Origin: Bispira polyomma
Taxonomy: Eukaryota
Direction: 5' to 3'
NCBI GenBank assembly: GCA_965649765.1
Contig: OZ287751.1
Location: 99,510,001-99,574,000, forward strand
Length of the DNA: 64,000 bases
This document shows positions 48,590-62,649 of this stretch, one piece after another. Position 1 is the first letter of the stretch. The number at the start of each line of letters is the position of its first letter. The notes beneath the pieces are model-generated. The model was given only the letters and a program-made list of their open reading frames with translations. It was not told the DNA's origin and did not search any database. The position numbers and the translations under genes are program-made.

Positions 48590-51500
48590 CTTTTTTTTTC
48601 TCAATAATGTTTTATTTAACCTTTTTGTACAACAAAAGAAACACATCGGGAGGGCGAGCCCCCATTGAGGTTTAGTTACAGAGTCTCTCATACACAGTAT
48701 GAGTACAAATCAAAACTACAAATGTAACAAATCTGACCATTGCTCCATTTTAGATAACAACACAATTTTATAGTAACATAAATTATTGTTTCAACAGATT
48801 TACAAACACTGACCATGATTTACTATAGGAATCGGGCTTCGTGCATTCAATCTACCCCATCGATCATTTAAAATGCGCATAAAGCACGAGTTTACGTATT
48901 TTATTCGTATTCTAAAATGGTATACCAATAATGTTGTAAACTAAGAGAGATTTCTTACCTAAAATGTACAAGCCACGGTCCCATGTTATGGCTGTTCCAT
49001 CATATAAACACACATGAAAACTGAGTCGCAAAACAAAACCCCTTCAAATTTTGTGAGAAAACATACCTATAAGGTAGGACATAATATTCATGAAAAATAA
49101 ACCTCAAGTACATGAAAACACCAAAACAGTAACAAAACACTTTATTTGTAGATATACAGCATAAAGGTAAACATTATTATACAGAACTTAACATTTACCG
49201 GTGTCCGAAATCGTACACATTTACAAAAATTCGGTTACCAGCCAAAATTTTTGTACGGCTAGGGACTAACTCACGAGGATGAACAGCCACACTTTATCTA
49301 CGGTGTTTTATACAGAATTTATACATTGCGCAAAAGACATCCTTACGGGCGTTGCGCAGCCCACCATTTTAGAATAAACTTTTAAACATACATTTCTATT
49401 TCAGATAATAAATATTGTTTCGTGTTAATTACTCTTTAGACACTTTTGCTACTCAAACTAATTTAATTATTGGATCTTGCACATTTAAGAATATAGAATT
49501 TTGCTGTTGTATAAATAACATTTATAGGAATATTAGGTATTTTAGATTCCCAAGTTCAAAAGATCAATGTACTAGGAGTACAATTAAACTTAATACTTAC
49601 TGACTGACTCAACCAAGATTTAATATTGCTTCAAAACTGTACACTTTTTTGGTTTTAGCACAGGACAAACAAGTGAATTATTGTTTCTTCATGCTCATTA
49701 CAAAGACGGCACACAAAAAATTATTTGTACCTATATATTATTTTATATTAAAACCAGATCAGTAAATTGTCCTTGATAGTATGAAAACATAATTTATGTA
49801 TAAATTTCCAAGGTTGCAGGTCCAAGGATATATTTAGATTATCTTCCCACTTATGCCAAGATCTATTTTCACAGATATTGTCAGTTATAATTAGATCATG
49901 AAAATCTCTTGTTCCTTTTCGAGATTTACAGAGTAGTTGGATATGGTTGTGATAAATCGGCCTTTGGCATATCTTTGGTGAAAAATCATCAGTTTGAAAG
50001 TACATTTTTAAAGACGAACACAGTCTGTGGTATGTAATAAAGTCCACACGAGTATTATAGTGAAGAGTAATACTCTCCTTAGTCAAAAAGTCACCCTCAT
50101 TTGTGATAAGATCATGGGGGAAATGACTCTTTCTTATATAACTTAGGTATCAAAAGGTTTAATTTGGAAATAGTAGAGTTATACCACAGAAGTCCAGACA
50201 TTCTTTTATACTCATTACTTTTTGGGGCCAAGGTTACTGTACTCCAGGCTATCAGAAAATCCTTCCAAAACTTGTGGCTTATTATAAAAGATCTTAGTAA
50301 AGACCACTCAGACCCCAAGTATTTTATCGACTGAGCCAATAATACTCTGTGCCAACTTTATCCAGAGGGCATATTTGTTACAATATGAATGACGGATCCA
50401 TGATACTTTAAGCCCTTTGATAAAACAGTTAACATTTTTAAACCTCCCTCTAAATACCTTTTTGACAATTGCTTTTGACTAACTTTATCTGGTTTATCAT
50501 CCCAGATAAATTTGTGAAATAACGTATTTATTTCTTGAATAAACTTAGTATCAGGGTTTGGTAAGGAAATAAAAAAGATGATTTAAGTTAGGTAGCACTA
50601 AAGTTTTCATCACTGTTATTTTACCAATAGGTGTCAAATAGTACATTTTCCAGTATTTTAAGGACTGTTTCATTTTGCTTTCTGCTTTGGGATAATTGAG
50701 ATAAGGAATTTTGTCCAGATCAACTGAAAATGTTATTCCTAACAAAATAAATACTGTTAAGCCCCAACTCAAATTCTCTCCCACTTCTAATTTGTCCTTT
50801 GAAAATCTTTTCTTCCCATCCAATTTAGTTTTCTTTTGTCAGTGTTAACCTTTAGTCTAGAGAATGATCCATATATTTCCATATATATTTGTTATAGTGG
50901 TGGCATCAGGAAATTGTGTTATCTTATATACATTGTCGCCTATAGTATTCCTATAATAGACTTATTATTTTGATCGTGATAATCAATATTTGTGCACATA
51001 TAATAAATAAGTAAGGTGCAATTGGGTCACCTTGTCAACAACCTTTTTCAATTATTATGAAGTCTGACAAAACACCGCATTGCATAACAGCTGCCTTAAT
51101 GTTTTTATTAACCGTTTGTATCCAGCGTAGCACACTTGAACCAAAATCAAGAAAGTTTAAAACAAAGTCTAAAAAATTCCAGGAGACAGAATCAAAATGC
51201 TTTTTCAAAGTCTGTATTTTTTTTTTTTTTGCTCTGTATAATACATTAAATCATATATTAAGCGTATATTAAGCGAGTGGTATTTTCGATATATCGGCCA
51301 CTTACAAAATCCTGACTGATTAACAGAAATTATCTTCCAAAGGTATTTCCTTTTATTCTGTTAGCGATGGCACTAGAACCAATTTTGTATATAACAGATA
51401 ACAGAGAAATAGGTCGCCAATTCTTTCAGAATTATCTTGGTTTATTACCTTTTGGTAAACAGTTGATAATACATTGTCGTAATGATGTCGACATTTCGCT

Positions 51501-54020
51501 ACATTTATAAGCATAGTTTAAAGATCTAAGAACAAAATATTTTATTTTACTTCAAAATACTTCAATGTTCAAAAAATTCAAATGGTAATCCATCAATGCC
51601 AGGACATTACCCACTTTTCATTTCTTTTAACACAATACTCTTAAGCTGTTCAGTGTTCGTAACTTGAAGTTACCAGATATTTAGTAATTATTAATCATTA
51701 TCTCTATTACTGCAAGTATATTAAGTTTCAGATAACTAAGACGGTTATACAGTTCACTCATGTACTACAACTACAGCCACTTACTTGGCTAAAACTTAAG
51801 CAGCAGCCTCCCAAATGAGCTGGAATCGTTGAGGTCCCAGGTGTATTCCACCAAACGAACGTGTCACCACAAATAGTTTTATACTGATTTCGTTATCTTT
51901 GAGTACTGATAAGACATTCTTACCAGCATGCCATTCCAATCATCATCAAAGTTTTCCACCCAACTGTCTCCACTTTCTAGGCGATAGGCGTATATGTTAT
52001 GTTGTGCACGTGCAACTCGTGTATCCATATAAACTGCCTTCAGTGCTGGGATAACATCTTCCTGACATATAATATTTACTCCATGCCCTTGAAATGTACT
52101 GCCCCTGTAACCAACTGGCGGGACTGTAGACACTTTAAACTCCAGCGTTTTATCCAGGACAATCATGTTAATGTCCTTTACTTTGTCCATCTATAGTTCC
52201 ATCACTTCTTGGCTCACAAGCAATTTGTCCAGATGCCACTTAGGTTTTTGTTGTTTTTCGCTGGCTTTTTGAAAGATTGGCATAAGGGTTTGCCTTCGGC
52301 TCCTCATTTCATCAGGAAGTTGCTCACTGACTCCAAATTTTCTTCCCTTTAACAGGTTTTTAACATGCTGAAGAACAACCTTTTTTCCTTTGAAGGGGTT
52401 AAATTTTGCTACTATAAGTTATGTTCTTATGTTGCTTCTTTTGCCCAGTCTATGAACTCTGTCAAAAGAGATGGTTGAGAAATTTTCCCTTGATATTTTT
52501 TATTTAGCTCTCATAAAAACCAACAATAAGTCCTTGGTTACCGCATTGGTCTCATTTGGTTGCTCCTGACTGTTGTAGAAAACAAGATTTTCCCTCATGG
52601 ATCTTGCTTGAAGTTGTACAAGATCCTCTTTCAGATATTGTATGTCCTTGTTCTTTGCAATTTGTCCAGCATGCTTCTGGCACTGATGCACTGGTCGCTG
52701 GTTTTCTTTCTTAAGCTCCACCACATCATTTGCTTGAAGTTGTTGAGATGACTCAACATCACTTAACCGCTTGTGGACAGCTTCCACCTTTTCTTTGAAA
52801 TGTCTTTTTTGCTCTTCTATAGCACACAATACCATGTTTGATTATACTAAGACTGGTAGATAGTCTTACCTTTAACTTGTCCATAACAATACCTATGTTT
52901 ATATCCAAAATATCTTTGAAAGCTTCTAGCTTGCTGGTAATATCAAAAGCTGAGGCAATTTCTATGTCATCCTCACTGTTTGACATATTAACTTCTTCAA
53001 TGGGTGAAATCACTTCCCTTTAACTGTTCTACCTTTCTCGGTGCCACTGGGGGTTGTTTCCAATACCCCGAAGAAATTACTTATCCTGTGTGGTTTTGAT
53101 TCAGCCAAAGGAACAAGAGAACTTTCCTGTACTAACAAGGTGTCATCACGTGTTTTTTGTGCACTCATTACCACTGATATTTGACCAAAGTCTGTGTAAT
53201 ACTGGTCAATTGTCTTCTTACACTCTTTAATACTGGGGCTAACCAAATATCCAATCTTTATTACTTGACCACAGAAAGGTGAAACAAGTACTAGACCTTT
53301 GTAACCACTTTGTGTTTTCCTTTTTAATTAACCTTAGTGAACCTGCCAATCATCTGTCACAAGGACTTTACATATTAAACACTTGTATTGTCATACTTTT
53401 TCTCTCTAAATATTCATCACTGACAGCCTTAAATACATCTAAAATATATACGGTCTATCCTATTTCTTTTTATCTTTCCATTAGTATTAATTTTATACTG
53501 AAGTTTTCCCATATTTCCATTAAAATTATGAATAAGTTTTTGTGTCCTTCTACATAACTTTCAATATCATTTCCTGAAACTTTGTAATGATATGCATGGT
53601 TAGTACTTTTGATAAGAACATTATTGTCCTTCTGTGATCCTTTTGACATTGAAACATTCACAATAGGATCCACCTTTGTATAGTGTACACTGGAGTGCTT
53701 GCTTTTTCCCCAGCTGTTGTTTGTTTTGGTGCCATTTTTCAAAATGTCAGAATTTCAGCATAAGACTTTTTCTTAAAACGAGCCCAATCCGTCCTCCAAT
53801 GTACACTAGCTTCAAGATTGCATGCAGTATAATATACAATTATACTATTAAAAAGAGACATTTTCAGTTCTATTATTAAAAAAAATGTCTCTTTTTTAAC
53901 ACCAATTTCACTATTATGTCCATGACAATGATCAGTATATTTTGACAACGGTAATGCATTTCTGCAGTGCCTTACTCAATTTTTTACATTTTTCTGCAAT
54001 CTTTTGCAGAATGTGGAAAG
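48590..54020 (-). mobile_element. Decayed L1/Tx1-clade LINE
   Basis: Poly(A) tail (T-run at 48590) with upstream AATAAA. ORF2 relics PGIDGLP, KNWRPISL, QGDPIAPYLF, LTPIGKITVMKTLVL. ORF1 relics LQARSMRENLVFYN, FDRVHRLG, GVSEQLP. 5' boundary uncertain. Confidence 0.85.
51796..53250 (-). pseudogene. LINE ORF1 (coiled coil-RRM-CTD) with C-terminal IMPACT/UPF0029-like domain
   Basis: GSTFQGH...ARAQHNIYAYRL...NFDDD and, after a frameshift, VVTRSFGGIHLGPQRF directly follow the ORF1 RRM/CTD relics. Confidence 0.8.
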
Positions 54021-54059
54021 GATCGCCCAGTTAACCTACGGTTACTACAAACATGTAAA

Positions 54060-57000
54060 TACATGGTTCCCTTGGCGTCGTGATCACCTTTCTTGGGACA
54101 AGTACCCTTCTAGTAGTACCTACATAAGTACTTTTCTCTTGGAAGTGCATTGGTGTGATTTGAAGTGTGGGTGGTAATTAATCAATAATTTAGTACATTA
54201 TTGATTCTGGCAACCTTAACTTAACACTCAGTCTTTCAAGTTAAGGTTGGTTTGACAGTGAATTATGATCACCTTAACATCATTTTAAGGGAACCTTAAT
54301 GTTATCTTAATTTAACATTGATACAATTCTTGTTAAGGTAACATTAACATGTGTATAATTTTGAAAATATTGATTAATAAGTAAAATTTATAAACAGTAA
54401 TAGCATAACATAACAGTAAAATTTCCCTCAAGCCCAACAGTAGTGTAGTGCTGCACTAAAATAAGGGCTGATGTTGCTGAGGGTTATACAACTGAAACAT
54501 GCCACACAAGGCTCTGTATGGACAGAGGTGTGATTCATCTAGCTTTGGGAGACTAATGACAGTGACATTCTTTATGTCTTGCACTGTCTTAGTCCATTTT
54601 ATTAAGACCTTGACAAGAGACTTGGTGAAGAAGACATCACCTCCTGCCAAGTGTCTGGTGCTGTCAAAGGTATGCAAAGAATGTGAGACAATATTTGAGG
54701 CTCTAAGAAAATGCTTTTAGAAACACAGCCTTGAAAACCTTGCCATAATCCATTTTTACATAGTGCTACATCCATATTGCTTCTACGTGTTACTGATACG
54801 GGTCTATTAATTCTAATTGCTATTACTTGATTTTGGGTTGCTCAAGGCACTAATAGATGCATTTTGCCTTTATGGCTGATATATATTATTTCTAATCATT
54901 TTGACTGAGACTTTACTTACCACCAAACATTCCATAAAGGCCAACACTACCTCAGTATTGATATCTGCTAATTTAACTTTGACATGTAAACAAAATGACA
55001 CAAAGTTCTTGAATAACATGCTGTAACATTCCTGGGTCTTTGGTAGAAATGCCTGTTGCACACTAGAACCTGTCCGACCTGACAACCTTGCCACCATAAT
55101 GTGACCTACAACAAAGTATAGCATCAATAGTATCATTAGTTATCAGTATGTGCTGTACATTATAAGTCATTATCTAATTTTAACATTTCAATATACATAG
55201 GAAGCCATACTGGCTGTTGCAAATACATTAATAATTCACTATTATTTGCCACTGTATTCTGCCATCCAGACCGGAGATTGGCAGTTCTATTGAGTTTGCC
55301 CAGGACATGGATGTACTGTAGTACAGCCAGATACCACACATTCCTGGCACATGCCCCAGAAAATGGGTCCCTGGCCCTACCTGACTGCAGCACTTTCACT
55401 ACAGCATCATTGTCACATTTAATTGGCACTTATCTACCACTCCAATGATTGTAAAACAACCTCAAGGCAACAAATATATTTATCATTTCTAAATGAACAA
55501 TATGTAGCTGTTTGTAACCCTTAAATATTCCAAGGTGGCATACCATGTCTTTCCATCTGCCCCTAAAACCTGTTAGGCAAACATCTAGTTATAATATAAA
55601 ATCAGTGTTTTATGGTCATACATTAATATGCCATTGTATGTTGGCAGAAATTTAGCAAATTATCTCAAGTCCCTAAAGAAGTCTGCAGTCAACTGAATTT
55701 TGCATCTATGCTGGCTTATTCTCAAAAGCTCCGGCATCCTGTTTAAGAAGAACCTGGCTGGATTTACACATTTGTGTACATACAGTAGCACCCCCAAAAG
55801 GGATTGCAACTGCCTAAGAGTACAAAGTACCTGGATTGCCATTCCTTGACAACTTCATTAATTTTTTGCAACTTATTTTGGGAAATCGAAATGGTTCCTG
55901 TTTTCATATTAATGACTCCCAAACACACAGCCTGCGTGCTAGGGTGTATAATTTCTTTGCACTAATCGTGAGACCTAAATTTTCCAAGCATTCATAGAAC
56001 TTGTTTGCTATAGCGGGCGTGTCGTATCCAATATAACCGTCAATGTAATTGCCCTTTGTTTTATTTATTTATTCAAATAGGCTTTTATGTCTTTAGGGAA
56101 ATTAACAGCAGACATGTGGTTTTCCACCTCCCCCACCAAATCAGTTGAATTTGCCAGTTTTGGCGACGGCATATATGCCTTAATGGGATCACTCATTACT
56201 GGGGCCTGAGTTTGAACAATGTCATGGTGAAGTGGGTTGGATAATGGAACAAAGCTATACTTGAAGTCGGTTTGTTCTTTTCATCGTCTGTGTGCTAACA
56301 CCCTGTCCACTAAGCTTGTTTGCATAATATTGAATGGACAAATTTATCACCCTTACCATTTCTATTTATGTCAAACAAATGGGTTTGTTTCCCCTAAGCC
56401 TTTTGTTTCAATTCACTACTGTTGCACTACTACTAACTTCATCTGCAGATGTATTCTTACTGGCTAATTAAATCCCATCACCACTATCTTTTATCACTTC
56501 TTAACACCTCTTTTGTTACCCACACTTTCATTGTATCCCCTACATTGTTGGCAATTTGGGGACACTTACTTCAACACTCTCTTAATGACACGTCTGTTTT
56601 TGTTGTTTGCCCTAGCCCCCTTAGCTTTTTACCCTAATTTTTTTTGCTATCAATTATATTGAAGCAGTGCACATACCTAGTCACATACCTTTTCCTTTCT
56701 ACATGTTAACAAAGCCTCAATGTTTTTCTGCCAGTTTTTAAATTCTATAAAACTCGTTTACATGAGCATAATTTCAACATTGGACCTGTCACAGAAAACC
56801 GTGTTTTTAAAACTTTTTGCTATTCTACCTTTTGTAAAACACATATCACCAACACAGTGATCAAACTTCTGAACACATTTTTTATCAACAACATTACACA
56901 ATACTTGGTTAATCTTGTCTGGAGTATATACCTCTCTTTCCTTATTTACAATGCTGCCCACTTCTCTTATTAAAGGGGAGCGCCTGGCTGCTTGTTTTTT

Positions 57001-58190
57001 TAATGAAAATTTTTATAGTCCTTTTCCCAATGACCACTCACACTTCCCCTCTCTAAACAAGAAGAACATATATGTTTGTGGATTTTGCCACCGTTCTTGT
57101 GGTCCTTACACTGGCTACAAGCCCTAGTTTGATACGCTTTGCAATACTAATGTTTACCACCCCGATTGACATCTGAATTTTTTTCACAGTTATTCTTACT
57201 TCTTACTACATGCTTTTGTACATGAGCACGTCAAATCCTATCTAATGTATGACTATCTTCCTATTTCAGGGCACCGCCTTTCTATCTCAACAAGCAGACC
57301 AGCTGTGTATCAACATTTTGTCTTTAATATCGGAGTCTTGCTCCACAACAATATTCGTTTTTAAACGCTGCACCCACTGAGTAAGTGACAACTGATCATC
57401 GGAAATACTAGTCTAGTAGTGCCACCTAATATTGGTTCTTGGGCCCAGGAGACTTTGCTTTTAATTATTACCTCAATATTACCCCCATTTTTGATTTAAT
57501 TTTGTTTGCTCCATAATTACCTTTCTGGCTCGTGGACTCAGCCTCTAAAGAACGGACATGTGCATCCACCTGCTTTTGCAGCTCAATTGCACTTTTCAAC
57601 ACACATAATTTGGGGACAATTTCCTCCTTAGAGGATCACTCTGAAGAATCTACTTCATTGTCAACAGTACTGTTTTTTTTACTTTTACTGCTTTTCTCAT
57701 TCAAGTAGGTACTACTTAACTTAGGATTGTTCTGTGAGGACGATTCTGCTGATCCTGTTGATTGACCAACTGCTGTCTTTTCCCCCACCAGGTCCAACCT
57801 TCTGTGGTTTCATGGCTCCAGCATCCGGTAGGGGTCTAGTGTCTCAACATACACTAATTACATTTCACTTTATTTTTACTAGGCATTGTTTGTGCCCTAG
57901 AGTTGTTTTTATATAGTCCAGTATCTTCAAAGGACACACACACACACCATCAGTACGATGTTTGAGACAAATCCAAGCTTTATAGACAAATTTTAAACAA
58001 ATTACCCTGTTAATTATATATAATATGTAAACATCCCTTTGTAAGACACCCTTTCGAGTCAAATCATGCATGGGGTTGTCCCTTGTAGAGTACACAAGCA
58101 CAAAAAGTCATCTTAAAATAAACTAAAAGATTCAAAATGATAAAAGTTCAGCATATACAAAGTGCAAGGTAGCGTCTTGGCATTAATGGG
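54060..58190 (-). mobile_element. YR retrotransposon copy F, decayed
   Basis: YR pieces 54456-55105 (GDVFF, IKWTKT, LCP); RNase H 55160-55600; RT remnant 55660-56050; gag relic 57000-57700 (HICSSC, KIKS); array 54208-54350. Boundaries approximate. Confidence 0.8.
54208..54350. repeat. 3' palindrome array of element F
   Basis: GGCAACCTTAA, TTAAGGTTGG, TATGATCACCTTAA, TTAAGGGAACCTTAA, TTAAGGTAACATTAA. Confidence 0.75.
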
Positions 58191-58192
58191 GT

Positions 58193-61070
58193 CAGTTCTC
58201 GGGGACCTGACTGTTACTATTATGGGATGGCTCGTATCGCCATATAAGCCAGCGCCGACTAAATGTTCTCACCTTTTAACTATTCTGTATACAGAATAGA
58301 AGCAGAGTAAACACGCCTCTTCTTTTGGTTGACAAAGAGTCAGAGTTTTTATATGTATATGTGCTTTTATTTTCCATTCTTTTTGTATTTTAACCTCTCC
58401 TATACTCTAGTGAAGCCAGTCTTTGATTGCGTAAGTGTCTTAGAAAGCACGAGCAGCCCATGAAAAGGAACAGGCTGGAGAGAGCTCCTGATGGCAACTT
58501 GGTCTTGATTGCTATTTTATAACAACTGCACTCACTCAGCCAAGTGATGGAGTGAATAGACCAGCGGGTGTAGCTCATGCAGGCAGCTCTAGCTTAAAAC
58601 CACACCAGTGAACAGGCCAGTAATTTACCTAATGATGCTTCAACTTCTGGTTCTGTAGACCTGCCTATACCCGCACTACGGTAGTAAAAGCCAGACTGTG
58701 GCCAGTAATGTTGTCCCGAGTGTCGATTTTCTAAAACAAAATGTACAAATTCAGGCTTAAGTGGAGCAGATATTAACCGAGCTTAAGAACCTGAACGAGC
58801 CATTATCAGGTAAAATTTAGTCACAGAAGGGAGGCTGTAGTAAAGTACTAGTAATAAGAGTAGTAGATTGGCCTCAGAACCTCATATTAACTGGATGTTC
58901 TAAAACTCGGCCCAGCTAAGACGACCTCTCGCTAGTTTAGTGGGTATGCAGAATTACACAGATAATGCATGAACAAAAAATCTGCTGAAATTAAAAATGC
59001 TGTTAGAGTACATGGATAACTTGATGGTGGAAGCAGACAATTTTTCGTGGGAAGTGGCCAAGGCCTGTCACAAAGTCATCTTTACTAATATGTTGGATGC
59101 TTGTCCACCGGAATGGGAGGCAATTATGCAAATCAGGTGTATGAAATTAAAATGCCAAAGAAATGACTGCAATGAATATTGTTTTTTTTAGAAACGCTGA
59201 ACATACTAGTTGATTGAAATTATGGGTAAAAATTTGGACTGAAAAAAAATTCTGATAAAATGCTATACTCAAGCTGTAGTCAGTGTGCTGCAGACTGCTC
59301 GCACTACAGATCCAACTATGGCTACCTATAATAAGAACATACATAAGTTTGATGTAAACAAGTTTTGCACATTTCAGGTGTCCAAAATAAGGTTGCAGGT
59401 TTGCTTTCCAGATGGCAGAATGCAGAAAGTGATCATGAACTCTTATATAAAATGGTGGGTCCAGTACAATGGCTCCCCACATATGCCAATTTATTGCAGG
59501 TTAATAACCTCATATAGTTTATGTGTTTCAGATATTCATCCAGTCAATTTCCTTCTTACTAAAAATGCTTTTGGGAGGCTTCATTCTGCATTCACACTGG
59601 CCACAACCAGGGCTTATGACAGAATGTTTAGGCAGTTCATTGCTTTTGGGGTGTTTGCGAACTGGCCCCCTAACAAGGTGACTACATTACAAATACTCGC
59701 CTATTTGGAATTTTCTGCCACCCATATTGCTAATCAGCTTTCAGGTATGAAAGCCAAATGTGTACTATTCAATATTGATGTGCAATCCTTTGCTAATCAA
59801 AGAATTGCTTATTATAACAGAGCCCTCTTAAGTCACAGGCCTCTACAAGCTATACTTAAGTCAATGTTTTACCTTCCCTTGTTGTGTGGCCTGGTGTGCC
59901 AATGTGATCTGACTCATATGGGCCAGATATTTACAGCGGTGTATCTCACGAGCTCCTTTAGATTTCTTCACTTGTCAAACTTGTGTCCCCATTTCCTTGC
60001 CCGTTCTCGCCTCTTAAACAACTGGCCAAGGGGGGGGGGGGGGGGATGTCTTTTTCAAACTAGGTTATGCAGTCCTTATGATCTAATGGTCTAAAACCTT
60101 ACAGATTGACGACGCCATTCATTTGCTTATCATTCCAAGTTTTGTGCACAGTAGGGCCCTTAGAAACGTTCTGGCACTAACCACGGAGTCATATTATCCC
60201 CCTTATTATAATATAGATTGGGTACTTCCTGGGTCCCTCTTACCGATTCAAGAGTCCATAGGCACCTAAAAATGACCTCAAGTTACTCGGCTTGTCGGAT
60301 TCGGGTTTGACTTTTCACGCATTTCGGTGTTCAGATGCCACCCTTGCATTTAATAATAATGTCAACATCCAGGACATTCAAAAGCATGGCACCTGGACAT
60401 TCGACTGTGTGTGGCGTTGTATCACAGATTCTGCCTTAACTGGCTCTGAGGTTGCGGATTACTTTCTCTCTGTAATACTACCTACTTCCTAGAAAATATG
60501 GTGTTTAGTGGTCTGACAAAGGCAGTCGTCTCTTCAAAAATTCTAGATGAACTTTCTTATAAACAGTATATACAAATTTTCCACTCAGTAAACAAAGTTT
60601 CCTTCCTGGGGCATAAGGTCTCGCTTCAGTCTCTCAAGCACATAATGTACTCATTCATTTCAATCTCAATTCTGAAACCTTAAAGTCCAACTTTAAATTG
60701 ACATTTCAATTTCAAATTTGAAACATTAAAGTTTCGCTGTACAATTTTTAAATTAACCTTATTTCATCTAAAGATTAGGGTTAACTTTAACTCAAACAAA
60801 ATTTACAGTAAGCCTCAACTTTAATTTAAAGTTCAGGCTTAAACTCTTTCATTTGAAAATTTCACTCAATGTAAGTTAAACTTAGACTGAAGCTTAGATG
60901 ACCTTATGCCCTCCTCTTCTTTTAATTTGATAACTGTATATAAACTTTTTTAATAGCCTCATATTACATTATATTTAATAAATATTTAACCGCAGTCTCT
61001 TTACTTCTGTGTCTTAACAATGGTCAAATAAGTCAAAAATTTCATCGCGTAACTTGTCCTAGAGGAAAAT
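58193..61070 (+). mobile_element. YR retrotransposon copy G (A-like family), RT deleted
   Basis: Left end CAGTTCTCGGGGACC resembles that of A. gag relic 58400-59100 (DNFSWEVAKACH); RNase H tail 59270-59510; YR 59532-60492 (FHAFR, HGTW). 3' block shares GGGGCATAAGGTC, GCACATAATGTACTC and ACCTTATGCCC with A. Confidence 0.88.
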
Positions 61071-62649
61071 AACACAATTCAATTCTTTATATCTGATTTG
61101 TCCATTAAGTCAGTTCAAACTGAGAAAGTATAGGGGGTTTCATGTAAACAAGCTAGGCTCTGCCAATAACATACGTTGTGTATTCAATTACCTAGGAACT
61201 AGATGGGGATTCCAGCTGACATCACAAATGAGCAATTAGTCTGATATCCTGCTAATTCTGAATGGGCTTGAGGCCTTACCCCTGTGATGCCTTGACACCA
61301 CAGGCTATCCTCTATATTATGTTACATTGTTCCTGGAACGATGTATTTGTCAAGTCATTATATTGCTTGCTATATGGTTACAGAGAAGAAAGCTGTTCTT
61401 CCTTGCTTAAAAAGATATGAAACCCTTGATTGAAATGCGTTCAATCCATAAACCCTGTTTATATTTGTGTAAAAGGTTATCACATGCGGTTTGTATTCAC
61501 TGTAATGAACAAATTTTGACAAGTATCCACCATTACACCTCACCTTAAAATTGTATAGAAATGGTTTAACTGACAGTTTTGTGCTTGTCTGTAGTAAAGT
61601 ATCAATTACTATACAGTTACTGACACAAGTGTATTGCATTGTATATGCAAATGTAGACTCAGTCCATTTGTCTACCTTTGTGTGGTATTCAACGTCCTAA
61701 TTAATATTTTATTTGACTGCCCAACTGCAGCCTACCTGTAACTGTCATTGTCCTAACTGAGGCGACAGGCGTGGTCATGACCACTTATCAACATGTCCAA
61801 GGTTCTGCAGTAGTTTAGTCTGCTACTGGGGTTACAAACCAACTGAGCCATCAGTCATCTGAGCTACTGTGTATCTGATTCTAACAATAAACAGAAAAAC
61901 GATATTATGTGTCTACTCTATAAAAGAGTATTGCTTAAACTTTATAGTTATATTATGTTCACTCCCAGTCATATTTCAGGTAAAACATTAAGGAAACTGT
62001 ATTTTGCCTTTTCTCTGAAGCACTGCTGCTTGTTGGTAGATATACACCTGGATCAATGTGTTTGTCAACAGCATTACACAAAACTATTGTACCAATTACA
62101 CAAAATGTGGTGGATGATGAACACCCCATTAAAGGGACACCACCGCTTAAGTGTCAGTCATGTTACTATGACACTACATTATGCTCACTGATTTGCTATA
62201 CTTTTCAACATGGCCTGATGCTAGAATTGTTATTACCAATGTTCATTGGCAAACAATGAATGAAACTTGGAATTTCTTAACCATTTGCTTTCCCGTTTCT
62301 AATTTTTTTTTATTACATTCTACATTACAGTCATTTGTGACACATTGGTCTCAGCCAGGAATCTATGTTTTCAAACAAAATAGTTTTTTAGGGTCGGGAC
62401 ATGTTCCTGTATTGTTTGAAAATTTAGTGCATATCCCATAAATCCTTTTGAACCTGACCCACTAATTCCACCTCTTATACATACCATCGGTAAGTATATT
62501 TGCCAGTAACACATATACAAGATCACTATAAGCTTCAATTTAGATATCTGTACTATAGAACCTTAAATTTATGAAAGAGTATAGGATGTCTACAGCAAAG
62601 TTGGTTCAAATCGAGTTTGTTCCGTCATGCAGAGAAGTTTATCAGATAC

